A DNA stretch of 46,542 bases, taken from a virus. The translations under genes and the position numbers were made by a program. Each line of letters starts with the position of its first letter. The stretch's first letter is position 1. The stretch covers positions 1-46,542 of the IMG/VR virus record IMGVR_UViG_3300045988_082870. The stretch is one strand, 5' to 3'. Shown in pieces: positions 13,489-22,666 of this stretch. A model generated the notes under the pieces. It was given only the letters and a program-made list of their open reading frames with translations. It did not search any database and was not told the DNA's origin.

Positions 13489-16400
13489 TTAGTTGTATCT
13501 GCGTTTTAAATTCTTGTATGTTTCAATAATTCGGCCGCTGCTGTCAACTATATAGCGGCGTTTGCCTTGCTCCTTAATCTCTCGCACATCCTTTTCGAGT
13601 GCCCGGCTGTCAAACTTGCTTCCGTTGACTGATATCGACAGGCCATCACTTGCGAACGCTCCCATGTATTTCTTTTCAAATGTCCCGTTGTTTATGCTCT
13701 TGATTATTCCGGGCAACGCCTTACGGTACTTACGTGTCGATGTCTTGTTGATGATAGCAAAGGCTTCGCCGCCCTCGGCACGCCTGCGCCGGCCGTCCGG
13801 CATCGTGCCCAAATCTACATCGTTACCGCTCTGATGACTGCCGCCCTCGATAAACTCCATACCGCCCTCGCCATATTCTGCATCCTGCATTTTGGTAACT
13901 TGTCGGGCTTTTATCTGTGCGGCCGCAAAGCTCGTCCACATGGTTGCTATTGCGGCAATGGCTGCGGCAATTCCGAGTGGGCCGAGGCCGGCAAATGACT
14001 TCCAAATCTCGGCGGATGCGGTTATAAGGCTTGATGTCTGCGTCAATGTGTCTAACGCCTGCTGCTGCTTCTGCGCCTTTTGTTTTTCTTTCAAAGCCTT
14101 TTGTTCGTTCTTCTTTGCCATTTCAAGCTCCTTTTGGGCGGTGGCGACATCGTTAGCGTAGCCGTTATTTCGAGCTTCAATCTCTGCGTCAACCTTACTT
14201 TGTGCCGCATCGACTTCTTCCTGTGCATTCTGTAACGCCTGTTCTTTTAGTTGTACCTGTGCATCTAACAACGATGATAATTGGCTAATCGAAAAGCCTA
14301 CCGATTCGGATATAGCCTGTTTTTGCTCATCATCCAATTTAAGCCCCACGAGGTCGTATATATCCCGGTGCTGCTTATCGCTCTTTTCGCTCTTTTCGAT
14401 TTCTTTATTTATCGCTGCAATGGTATTTTGTATTGTCTGTATTTCAATATTTTTTAATTTTTTACCTCCATCTTCCGATAATTTCAAAATCTGTTGTAAA
14501 CGTTCTCTTTCAGCCCGTAGCCTAAATCTTGTTTTCTCGCCCTCGGTGGATTCCAATAACGCAAACTCCGATGCGCTCAATGCCTGCTGCAAGTCAAATA
14601 GCATTGTGCTCCGCTCGGTTTGGAATAACTTGTCTTGCTCTAATATCTGCCGGTTATATTTAGCGTTGATGTCTGCTTCGCTCTGCCTTTCCTCTTCGGT
14701 TAGTTGCTTATTGGCAAGCAGTTCTTGCTGCCTTGCGTTCTCAATTAATTGTATGCGCAAATTGTTTTCTTCATGCGAGCCTTGCTCGGCTGCTTCCAAA
14801 CGCAACTGTAATGTCTGCTGCTGCGTCTGCAAATCTCGTTGTTGCTGCTGCACATCCAGGGCGGCTAAATCGCTTGCGAGCTTCTGCTGTTTGTTTTTTA
14901 TTATCTGATTTATATTTTCCCGGCTCGCCGCTGTCAAGTCCTTGTCGTTCTTTAGCTTGTTTTGCAAGTCTGCAACTTCTGCGTTATATGTATCTTGCAA
15001 TGCCTTGCGCTGCCTTTCCAATTCGTCTGTAATTAATTCGGTTTGGCTCTCATATAATTCTTTGGTAATCTTTAGATTATCGCTGTTAATAGTTTGCGTT
15101 CTGTCTTTTGGCGTTCGCTTTGTACGAACTTTTGTTGTCTCTGTCTTTCCGGGCGTTGCTGTTAAACTCCTTACATCTATATTTTTTGCTAATTTTTTAT
15201 TAGCCGTTAATAACGCTGATATTTGTCTGTTGGCTTCTGTTATATCTTCTGTTAGATTATTCACATTTCTTCGTGACGTATTTACGGACGACATTTGAAA
15301 GTCTGCCGCTTCGCCTTGCAAGTTATTATATAGCTTTAACTGCTTATTATAAACGGTTTGAGCCTTTTGTCTTTCTTTCTCTAATTGTGCTCTCTTTTCT
15401 TCCAATTCTAATATTTTTTTAGAATTTTCCACGAGCTTATCTTCTGCGGCTCTCGCCATTGCGCTCTTCAAAATTGCATTGCTTAATTCGTTGTAAGCCT
15501 TTGCGGCTTTACCGGCCAATATTTCTTCATCGCTTATATTTTTAAAATATGCCGGGTATTGTTTTTGCAACTCGTCAACAGCGGCTTTTCTTTCTTCAAT
15601 ACTTCTTGTCGTGTCCTGTGTGGCGTTATAAAGCAAATTAAGGCGCACAACACTTTGCTGCGCTTCTTTTTGGCCGTCCTGCATGGCTGTATTTACGCCG
15701 TCCAATGCTTCTTTCAGATAATCGGTTTGTTTTTCTGCTTTCAGCATTTTTGCGACCCACTCAATTAAATCACCGCCATATACGGTAAGCAATGTTATAC
15801 CCAAAGATATTGCCGTGTTGTATGATAAAAAAGCCTTAGTTACCTGTTTCCATACCGGCACGGTTGCCTGTCCCTCTGCTGCGGCTGCCTTATTTGCCGC
15901 TTTAACCTTGTTTATCTCGTCAACAAGCATAGGGATGTTATTCGATATGGCAAGGAAAAACGTGTTGGCCGAAACGGCGAGAGACGGCAACTCCCTTACA
16001 AGCTGCTGCGCCGATACGCCCAAACCGTCCCATGCTGACTTATAATTACCAACATTTAGCTGATACTTGCCGGTTGCTTCCTGCAAAACTTTCATCTTGG
16101 CATATATTTCTTCCGTTTCCTTGACAAGTTTCTTTCCGGCTTCGGTGTTCTCTCTGTACTCCTGCGACAACTTGTTTAGTTGTATCTTATTTAACGAGTA
16201 TTGCGCTGACAGGGCGTTATAACTGCCGGCTTCTGAATTATTCAGTTTGGCCGTCAACTTGGCGATATTCTGCGCTTCTCGCTGCTGCTCTTTCAGCACG
16301 GCAATTTGTTTTGCGGTTTCGCTGGTCGCAAACTCCAAATCTTGCTGTGCCTTGGTAAGTTTATCAACCTGTGCGGTCGTTTCCCTTATCTTGGTGCGGT

Positions 16401-16575
16401 GTTCCTCGGTTGCTCCGCTCACATTCTCAATGCTTGCTTGCAACTTTATTGCTTCGTTCTTGACATTTTTCAGTGTCGCCGAGTAAGTTTCGTTTAACTT
16501 CTCCAGCTGTGTTATTGCTTGCTCGATTGAATTATCGGGCTGCAACAAATCTGAATATTTTATCGGCTGTTCCAT
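13489..16575 (-). CDS. Tail tape measure protein
   Basis: 1028 aa with very long Q/E/K/A/L-rich coiled-coil regions. A hydrophobic segment GPLGIAAAIAAIATMWTSFAAA lies near the C-terminal third. It sits upstream of the distal tail genes. Confidence 0.85.
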   Translation of the reverse strand: MEQPIKYSDLLQPDNSIEQAITQLEKLNETYSATLKNVKNEAIKLQASIENVSGATEEHRTKIRETTAQVDKLTKAQQDLEFATSETAKQIAVLKEQQREAQNIAKLTAKLNNSEAGSYNALSAQYSLNKIQLNKLSQEYRENTEAGKKLVKETEEIYAKMKVLQEATGKYQLNVGNYKSAWDGLGVSAQQLVRELPSLAVSANTFFLAISNNIPMLVDEINKVKAANKAAAAEGQATVPVWKQVTKAFLSYNTAISLGITLLTVYGGDLIEWVAKMLKAEKQTDYLKEALDGVNTAMQDGQKEAQQSVVRLNLLYNATQDTTRSIEERKAAVDELQKQYPAYFKNISDEEILAGKAAKAYNELSNAILKSAMARAAEDKLVENSKKILELEEKRAQLEKERQKAQTVYNKQLKLYNNLQGEAADFQMSSVNTSRRNVNNLTEDITEANRQISALLTANKKLAKNIDVRSLTATPGKTETTKVRTKRTPKDRTQTINSDNLKITKELYESQTELITDELERQRKALQDTYNAEVADLQNKLKNDKDLTAASRENINQIIKNKQQKLASDLAALDVQQQQRDLQTQQQTLQLRLEAAEQGSHEENNLRIQLIENARQQELLANKQLTEEERQSEADINAKYNRQILEQDKLFQTERSTMLFDLQQALSASEFALLESTEGEKTRFRLRAERERLQQILKLSEDGGKKLKNIEIQTIQNTIAAINKEIEKSEKSDKQHRDIYDLVGLKLDDEQKQAISESVGFSISQLSSLLDAQVQLKEQALQNAQEEVDAAQSKVDAEIEARNNGYANDVATAQKELEMAKKNEQKALKEKQKAQKQQQALDTLTQTSSLITASAEIWKSFAGLGPLGIAAAIAAIATMWTSFAAAQIKARQVTKMQDAEYGEGGMEFIEGGSHQSGNDVDLGTMPDGRRRRAEGGEAFAIINKTSTRKYRKALPGIIKSINNGTFEKKYMGAFASDGLSISVNGSKFDSRALEKDVREIKEQGKRRYIVDSSGRIIETYKNLKRRYN

Positions 16576-16666
16576 ATTAAAATAGGGGTTATTTCATTAA
16601 AATTTTACGCACAAACGGCTTTTATATGCAAAACGTATAATTTACCGGCTTAACCATAAAAGGTCG

Positions 16667-17416
16667 TCATTTCCGTTTCATTTGCTTTGATAGCTTCTTT
16701 AAATAGTCAAAGGCATTATAATATTGCAATACTGTCATTTTGTCGGGCTGTGCCTGTATATTATGGCCTAATATAAGACACGCTTCTTCAAACTGCTTAT
16801 CGTAGGATATTTCAGCACTGCGAATGCCGGAAAAAACTTGCGGCTTTGACAACAATGCCATTTGTATCTCTTTGTCCTTGCATTCTTTCCGCACATCGCT
16901 GCCGTTGATAATGTGTTTTAGCATATATTGCGTGTATTGCTTTAACAGGTCGTAATATTCTTTTATACTTCCGTCCTCAAATCTGCCCGGAAAATACATA
17001 CTTAGCTCTTTGTCAATTTTTTTTTTGACAGCATCCAAAATGCCGTCTAACCACCCTTTTTTAGCTTCTTTTAGCTGCTCCAAAACTCTTTTTAAACCGA
17101 CATCGGTTAAGTCGTTCTGCACCTTGCCGTCTATCTTATAGACAAGTACGGCAAACGCCATGTACTTAGGCGACATTTCTTCGGCAACCAAATATAACGC
17201 CTGTTTAAGATTATTCATTTCTGCCAACGCCATACTTTGGTTAGCACTAACATATATCTTTGCACGCTCTATATGGTTTAAGATGTCATGTAAATCGCTT
17301 CCGACACCGCTGTCAATCAGCATATACTTGTTGTATTTCTGAAACCTTGTTATCGGCATTTCGTCAATAGAGTTGTATATCTCTATTGTGTGGCCGTTGT
17401 ATTTCTTTACTTCCAT
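16667..17416 (-). CDS. Hypothetical helical protein in the tail-assembly-chaperone position
   Basis: 249 aa, immediately upstream of the tape measure gene. The function is inferred from position only. Confidence 0.4.
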   Translation of the reverse strand: MEVKKYNGHTIEIYNSIDEMPITRFQKYNKYMLIDSGVGSDLHDILNHIERAKIYVSANQSMALAEMNNLKQALYLVAEEMSPKYMAFAVLVYKIDGKVQNDLTDVGLKRVLEQLKEAKKGWLDGILDAVKKKIDKELSMYFPGRFEDGSIKEYYDLLKQYTQYMLKHIINGSDVRKECKDKEIQMALLSKPQVFSGIRSAEISYDKQFEEACLILGHNIQAQPDKMTVLQYYNAFDYLKKLSKQMKRK

Positions 17417-17419
17417 ATC

Positions 17420-17713
17420 TTATAATAAATAACGAGTTATCGGAGCTGCGCAAAACGGAATAAATGTAATGCGCCAATCAGCTATAATAAATGAAGCTAC
17501 GATTGCCAAACATAGACAAACCCACCATGACAGGCAAAAATCGCATGAAAACATTTCTGAAATAGTCTTGTGTGCCCTTACTTGTATATACTCCCGGATG
17601 CCTGTCTTGGTAATAAATAATATAACCCAACAGGCAAGCAACGCTATAATTAGCGTCATACACAAAAAGTTAATTAAAATCATTGTTATAGCTATAAAGT
17701 TAATCATTTGCAT
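17420..17713 (-). CDS. Small membrane protein (DUF1360-like CxFCLSxW motif) inside the structural module
   Basis: 97 aa with three hydrophobic helices. The motif CDFCLSWWVCL is reminiscent of DUF1360 membrane proteins. Confidence 0.5.
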   Translation of the reverse strand: MQMINFIAITMILINFLCMTLIIALLACWVILFITKTGIREYIQVRAHKTISEMFSCDFCLSWWVCLCLAIVASFIIADWRITFIPFCAAPITRYLL

Positions 17714-18276
17714 TCCTCCGTAAATTTTAATTCGCCGTCAATACGGATGCCGGCGTATGGTTGCATTAAATACTGTGTGTCTATTTCTTTCAATGAATAT
17801 TCCCTAAATATGTTTTCGGCCTTCTCGTATATCTTGGCCGGGGCAAATCTTGTATTGTCGGGATATGTCATATTGGTTATCGCCCGAAGTAATTGCCGCT
17901 TTATTTCTTCCGTGTTGCGTTCATTTTGTCCCGGGTATATACTTGTAAGGTCATACCAAACAATAAGCGCACAGGGCACAGAAATAGTATTGTACCGCCT
18001 TGGATTGTAATCAATGTTCTGTGGGTCGCTTACAATAAAAAATGAGCGGTTTCTCAAACCCTGCCCCGGCAGCACATTGATGTATTCATTTTTACCAATA
18101 TACACGCCCGGGTAATAGTATTCTTTCCGCTCTCGCTTAGTTACAAGACGCTGCGCCCGGCCAAAAGCATAATTCAGCCACCCGAGCCGGTTTATCAACT
18201 CGTCTTGTATATACGCCAAAGCCCGGTCAATCATAACCGGGTTTTTTTGTTTGGGTGCTTGTGGTAACTTTTTCAT
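17704..18276 (-). CDS. Virion morphogenesis protein (neck / tail-completion region), function unknown
   Basis: 190-aa ORF, translationally coupled to its neighbours. Position is between the capsid and tape measure genes. Confidence 0.45.
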   Translation of the reverse strand: MKKLPQAPKQKNPVMIDRALAYIQDELINRLGWLNYAFGRAQRLVTKRERKEYYYPGVYIGKNEYINVLPGQGLRNRSFFIVSDPQNIDYNPRRYNTISVPCALIVWYDLTSIYPGQNERNTEEIKRQLLRAITNMTYPDNTRFAPAKIYEKAENIFREYSLKEIDTQYLMQPYAGIRIDGELKFTEECK

Positions 18277-18713
18277 ATTCCTAAAATATCTCTTAATTCA
18301 TTAATGAGGTGCGGCAAATAAAAGTTTTCGCAAAGCACTTTTACGTTGACATTCTGCAATCCTAATATTTCCGCTCCATATTTCTTTTGTAGTTCTTCAG
18401 TTTTCCAATCGCTGGCTTTTATCTCGAAGCCGTCCTCTTGGTAACTTATCCAAAATGAGCCTTGCCAATCGAATGTGTCACGCAGTGTCACTCTGTTTGT
18501 CGGCTGTCCCTTGCTCCTTTTTATTTCTACGGTTGCCGGGGCATATTCCGGCGTTATTGGCTTGCCCTCGCTATTCTCGCCCTCGTCATATAGCTGGTAT
18601 ATGTTCATGTCGATTATAGTGTCCTCGGCTTCGATTGTGGCCTGTTCGAGATAGCCGTTTATGTTTTCCTTGAAATTCTCCAGCTTCTCGATTAAATCTG
18701 TTATTCTGTCCAT
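18273..18713 (-). CDS. Virion morphogenesis protein, function unknown (146 aa)
   Basis: ORF track; 4-nt overlap with the downstream gene; lies in the structural module. Confidence 0.45.
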   Translation of the reverse strand: MDRITDLIEKLENFKENINGYLEQATIEAEDTIIDMNIYQLYDEGENSEGKPITPEYAPATVEIKRSKGQPTNRVTLRDTFDWQGSFWISYQEDGFEIKASDWKTEELQKKYGAEILGLQNVNVKVLCENFYLPHLINELRDILGI

Positions 18714-18762
18714 TATATATAATTTTCGTTTAAAGTTGTAATAAATTTCAAGGAAAATTGTA

Positions 18763-20103
18763 TTAAATAGTGGTGTACCTTATGCCATTATTTCGGCACG
18801 GCAAGCAAATACGGTTTATCCCGGTCGTGTCAATTCTGACGGCTTCCATTGCTTTATCAAGCCTGTGTAATATGCCGCTTTTCTTGTAGCCTTGACTATC
18901 GCCGTCAAGTTCATATAATAGTTCGTTCCTGCTGAAATTCTGCTGCATCCTGTTTATACGGAAATTTGGGTTATACGCAAATTCTCGTATCATGTCGGCG
19001 GCAACTTGCAGGCCGATAACATTCTGAAAGGCCTTGCGCTGGTCGACCAAAATAGGCGTCAAATCACATTCGAGCGTTATCTTTAAGTTAAGGCCGTAAT
19101 TTGTCGTATAGGTGTAAACGTTGCCGTCAACATCCCACATCTGCATTTCTTCGCCTGCTGGTGTCTTGAATGGGTGTATCTCCAGGTACTTACTCCAGGC
19201 TTGCCAATTAAGGTAATCGACACGGCTACATGAGGGGCAGGGGCTTTTGCTCCAATCTCGTTCTTTCTGAATAGCCTGCATATCTGATAGCTCTTTTTGG
19301 TTATAAACCAAATACCAGCTTCCGCCTGCATCTGTATCTGCTGACATATACGGCAAGAATAACTCCGGGGTGTCTATCCACTGCATACCGCCGTTCCTTG
19401 TGTAATCGACTTCTATTGTCTTTATGGGTGTCGGTGAGCTGCTGTGCATAAGATACAGAGTAAATCTGCCGTTCTTGTTAAATTGTACGCCCACCTGTTC
19501 AATCCTTAGCGTTACGCCCTCGGCTCTTACCGGCACAATCTCAAAGCCCACGATGCTATTTGTCGGCCTTACTACATTTGCCAAACGGCCTGCGCCGTCA
19601 AATAGTACCTTACTTTCCAATATGTTTCTTGCTGTCCTGTCGGCAAGTTGTGTGCTGTAATAGCTCTCAATGGCTTTCAGTATGCTTGCGGCCGTCTTTT
19701 CTTCAAGCCATTCACTAAACAGGTCTACCGGCTGCCATACATCGGCGTTTGTTTCCGGGTTTTTGTCAGTATTATCGACTAACGCACGATATAGACTATA
19801 TTCGTCCGTTTCCTTTTGATAGTCGTCGTTAAAATCATCGTTTAACGTTACAGGCTTCAATTTTACGACTTTCCCCTTTTTGTAGGGCGTTATCTTATTC
19901 CATTCGTCAAATGTAAGGCGGCTAAATTCCGGGGCAATGCTCTTAATATTATCCAGCGTCAATAATGGGTGTATGTCTTGGAAATACTGTCCGCTCTCAC
20001 TCTGTGTCAAACTGTCAGCTATCTTTAAATCGTCAATGTCATAATTCTGCCGCCAGCCTAACAAATGAATGAATTTACTTTTTATGTCTTCGGCTCTATA
20101 CAT
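18763..20103 (-). CDS. Structural protein, function unknown (446 aa)
   Basis: First gene after the terminator that follows the capsid gene. It contains the CPSCSR and CLPCRN Cys pairs. No family recognised. Confidence 0.5.
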   Translation of the reverse strand: MYRAEDIKSKFIHLLGWRQNYDIDDLKIADSLTQSESGQYFQDIHPLLTLDNIKSIAPEFSRLTFDEWNKITPYKKGKVVKLKPVTLNDDFNDDYQKETDEYSLYRALVDNTDKNPETNADVWQPVDLFSEWLEEKTAASILKAIESYYSTQLADRTARNILESKVLFDGAGRLANVVRPTNSIVGFEIVPVRAEGVTLRIEQVGVQFNKNGRFTLYLMHSSSPTPIKTIEVDYTRNGGMQWIDTPELFLPYMSADTDAGGSWYLVYNQKELSDMQAIQKERDWSKSPCPSCSRVDYLNWQAWSKYLEIHPFKTPAGEEMQMWDVDGNVYTYTTNYGLNLKITLECDLTPILVDQRKAFQNVIGLQVAADMIREFAYNPNFRINRMQQNFSRNELLYELDGDSQGYKKSGILHRLDKAMEAVRIDTTGINRICLPCRNNGIRYTTI

Positions 20104-20112
20104 AGTATTATT

Positions 20113-20147
20113 TATTTAAAAAGGGGATGGGCACTAAACCCACCCCC
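20113..20147 (-). terminator. Rho-independent terminator after the major capsid gene
   Basis: Minus-strand RNA GGGGUGGG-UUUAGUG-CCCAUCCCC followed by UUUUUAAAUAAAU. Confidence 0.8.
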
Positions 20148-20179
20148 AATCAATGAAAAACAAATACACACAGAAAGAA

Positions 20180-21292
20180 TTACTCAGTAACGGCCTTAGT
20201 GTAGACCGGCGATTTGTCACTTGAAACGATTGCAACGTTCTTGACATCACGTGCCGAGCCTGTGCCGATTTGGAACTTCACAATAGGGCTTGCAATCGTG
20301 CTGGGCGAACTGTTGTAAGGCGTTACTACGGCGATGTCTACGGCGAAGCCATAATGCTGTTTGAGATTTCGTGTCATGTCTGTTGACGCATCACCGGCAA
20401 TAGTGTGATAATCGCCTACATCCTCGTAGTAATATGTACCAACAGGCAAGTTAAGCATAGGCAAGTTTTCAATGCCCCACTCGTGGCCTGTGCGTGACCT
20501 TGTGCCCAAAACGCACTCACGCTCAAAGCGGAACAACAGACCAAGCTGGCCACTTGTTACGGCGTAGCCGGTTGCATACTTTTCGCTGTCGTTGCTTACT
20601 TCGTTTGTGAAGTGCAATATCTTATCGTTGTATTCGAGTTGCTTGTTTACTTCGTTGTAAAGCCCTTTTTGCGCCATTTTGCGGATAATGCTCTCTACTC
20701 CGCCGTTACCAACGATGTGTATCGGGTCGTAATAGTCGTTTGCAGCCATTATCGGGTTAATGTCGCCGATAACGCTTTCACGGTCAAGCCAAGGCGCATC
20801 CAATACGTTTCCCGATTTTGTGTAGTTCAATGCGTCCTTAAACACCTGTGTCTTTGCTGCTTCCAATGCTGCTACGCATACGCCGTCCAGCTTCTTTGCA
20901 AACGCATACAGGTACTTATTGAACTTAACTTGAAAATCACGCTGCATGGAAATTTCGTTGTTCATGTAAAGAGCCGGCACGATTGTAAAGCCCCATGAAT
21001 AAGTCGCAAATGTAAACTGATACATTTTTGAATTATTCTCGCTGTCTGCAATCTCAACGCTTCTTGTGTTTCCGATTGTAATGCCGCCGTCATAATCTAT
21101 AACAGGCGTTTCCAATGTCCGGCCAATGCTCTGCTCTGCCTTTTGTTTCAGCTCCGGCGTAATGATACCAGCCGGGTCGTCCGTCTGCTGTTTAAAAACA
21201 TCCAGCGCACCATAACGGCTCGGGCGGAATTCATTTCTGTCTAAATTGCTCTGTGAACGCAAATTTTGCATTCGGGTTGCTAATAAACTCAT
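20180..21292 (-). CDS. Major capsid protein (by position and size)
   Basis: 370 aa. It directly follows the scaffold-like gene and is followed by a strong terminator, a typical arrangement for the most highly expressed structural gene. Confidence 0.65.
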   Translation of the reverse strand: MSLLATRMQNLRSQSNLDRNEFRPSRYGALDVFKQQTDDPAGIITPELKQKAEQSIGRTLETPVIDYDGGITIGNTRSVEIADSENNSKMYQFTFATYSWGFTIVPALYMNNEISMQRDFQVKFNKYLYAFAKKLDGVCVAALEAAKTQVFKDALNYTKSGNVLDAPWLDRESVIGDINPIMAANDYYDPIHIVGNGGVESIIRKMAQKGLYNEVNKQLEYNDKILHFTNEVSNDSEKYATGYAVTSGQLGLLFRFERECVLGTRSRTGHEWGIENLPMLNLPVGTYYYEDVGDYHTIAGDASTDMTRNLKQHYGFAVDIAVVTPYNSSPSTIASPIVKFQIGTGSARDVKNVAIVSSDKSPVYTKAVTE

Positions 21293-21349
21293 AATCTTTG
21301 ATTTTAAACGTTAATAATTATTTTGAAACGTGTTACCCTTGCACGTTAT

Positions 21350-22294
21350 TTATTGCATCGGTAATTTGTCAACATTATTTTCTGTTCGTAGCTTCATTGC
21401 TTCATCCGCAAATTCCTTTGTGCCACGTGCAAATCCTAATGTCATAAGGTGCTTTGCAATCGCTTCGTCTGCCTGTACCTGGTTAGTTATGCCGCTGAAA
21501 TCAAGGTAATTGTTACCACCGCCACCGCCGCCGTTTCCGCCGTGAGTTCCTGCGCCTTGCTGTTTGCGGCCTGTATCAATCACATCTTTCAGCTCTCTTG
21601 TAAGCAGTTCACCCGGAGTGAATGGGTTTAGTTTGTTCTCCGGGTTGTTCATGATATTGCCGGATGCGTCACGGAAAATCAATGTACGTGTGCCATTGTT
21701 CTCCTGCCAATCGGGCTTTGCTGTGCTTAGAATTGTGCGCTTTGCGCTGTCAATGAGCGTTCTCTGCACGCTTTCCGGGTAAATACTTTTGAACTTGATA
21801 CTCTGTAAGGCCTTTCCAAATTCTGCGTCAATTAAGCTATTCTGATACTGCGTATTGAGCGTGTCATACTTGGTCTGCCACTCTTTCTGCTTGTCCTCGA
21901 ATAGCTCTTGCGTGTCTTTGAGTTGCTTCTGTGCATCCTTTAACTGCTGTGCTATTGCTTCGCTGCCTTTGCCCTCGGCAATGGTCTTTTTGTAGCCCTC
22001 AATTTCGGACTGCAACGTAGTTATCTTTGTGTTAAGCTCGTCTGCCCCGGCTGCCTTTGCTTTATAATCGCCCAAAACACGCTTAACATAATCGTAGGAT
22101 TTTTCATCCTGCTTCTTAGCGATACCTGTAACGGACAGCACATCTTTGTCATACTGTCCGTGCAATTCCCCGATGCGGTTGCCTATAACCGTATTTTCAT
22201 CATTCTTTGATAACTCTACGATTGCGCTTACTTGCTCGTCTGTAAGGCTTGACAAACCGGCGTTTGCTCTCAATATTTCTGCTGTTAGTGCCAT
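21350..22294 (-). CDS. Scaffolding protein (putative)
   Basis: 314 aa, K/E/Q/A-rich and helical or coiled-coil in character. It contains the Gly run GGNGGGGGGNN and lies between the portal and capsid genes. Confidence 0.6.
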   Translation of the reverse strand: MALTAEILRANAGLSSLTDEQVSAIVELSKNDENTVIGNRIGELHGQYDKDVLSVTGIAKKQDEKSYDYVKRVLGDYKAKAAGADELNTKITTLQSEIEGYKKTIAEGKGSEAIAQQLKDAQKQLKDTQELFEDKQKEWQTKYDTLNTQYQNSLIDAEFGKALQSIKFKSIYPESVQRTLIDSAKRTILSTAKPDWQENNGTRTLIFRDASGNIMNNPENKLNPFTPGELLTRELKDVIDTGRKQQGAGTHGGNGGGGGGNNYLDFSGITNQVQADEAIAKHLMTLGFARGTKEFADEAMKLRTENNVDKLPMQ

Positions 22295-22297
22295 ATA

Positions 22298-22666
22298 TTA
22301 GATATTTTCTTTTGGATTCCACAATACTTCTACCTTGGTATAGCCGAGCATTTCGGCGATTGATAGGTCTTTTTCGTTTTTCTTGGCCGTTAGCTTGTTG
22401 TACTCCTTTTCAGTGTACATCTGTACAAACGGCTTTGATATCTTTTTGCCTGTGCGCTGGTCGTAATGCTCTTTTTCCAGCCTTACATGGTAAAAGCCTT
22501 TTTCGTCGTCCCTTGGAACGTACTTTTCAGCCGTTTCATCCTGCGTTTCCGCCGGTGTTTCCGTTGTTGCTTCCTGCTGGCTGCTGGTTTGCTCCGCTGC
22601 CTGCTCCTGCTCCATTTGTTCCGCTATCTTGTCGAGCGGCGATGTTTGACTGTTGTTCTTTGGCAT
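22298..22666 (-). CDS. Hypothetical acidic protein (122 aa); start uncertain
   Basis: ORF track. The first 131 nt overlap the 3' end of the portal ORF in another frame. The C-terminal 80 aa look like a normal globular sequence. Confidence 0.45.
   Translation of the reverse strand: MPKNNSQTSPLDKIAEQMEQEQAAEQTSSQQEATTETPAETQDETAEKYVPRDDEKGFYHVRLEKEHYDQRTGKKISKPFVQMYTEKEYNKLTAKKNEKDLSIAEMLGYTKVEVLWNPKENI

Noticed and set aside
13562-16497. Numerous plus-strand ORFs (60-162 aa, for example 14420..14908 and 14942..15298) inside the tape measure gene. Many are rich in Cys/Ser/Phe/Leu.
   Set aside because: They are antisense readings of a long E/K/Q/A/L-rich coiled-coil gene, which naturally lacks stop codons on the opposite strand. 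They have low-complexity composition, no promoter boxes and complete overlap with a far longer coherent ORF.
16576-16666. Possible promoter in the 91-bp gap upstream of the tape measure gene.
   Set aside because: TTTG motifs are present, but no TAnnTTTG box lies at the right distance on the minus strand. I therefore could not support a promoter call.
21293-21349. Short hairpin (aacgtg...cacgtt) between the scaffold and capsid genes as a possible terminator.
   Set aside because: The stem is only 6 bp and AT-containing, the loop is 9 nt and no U-tract follows. Termination between scaffold and capsid would also be functionally odd.
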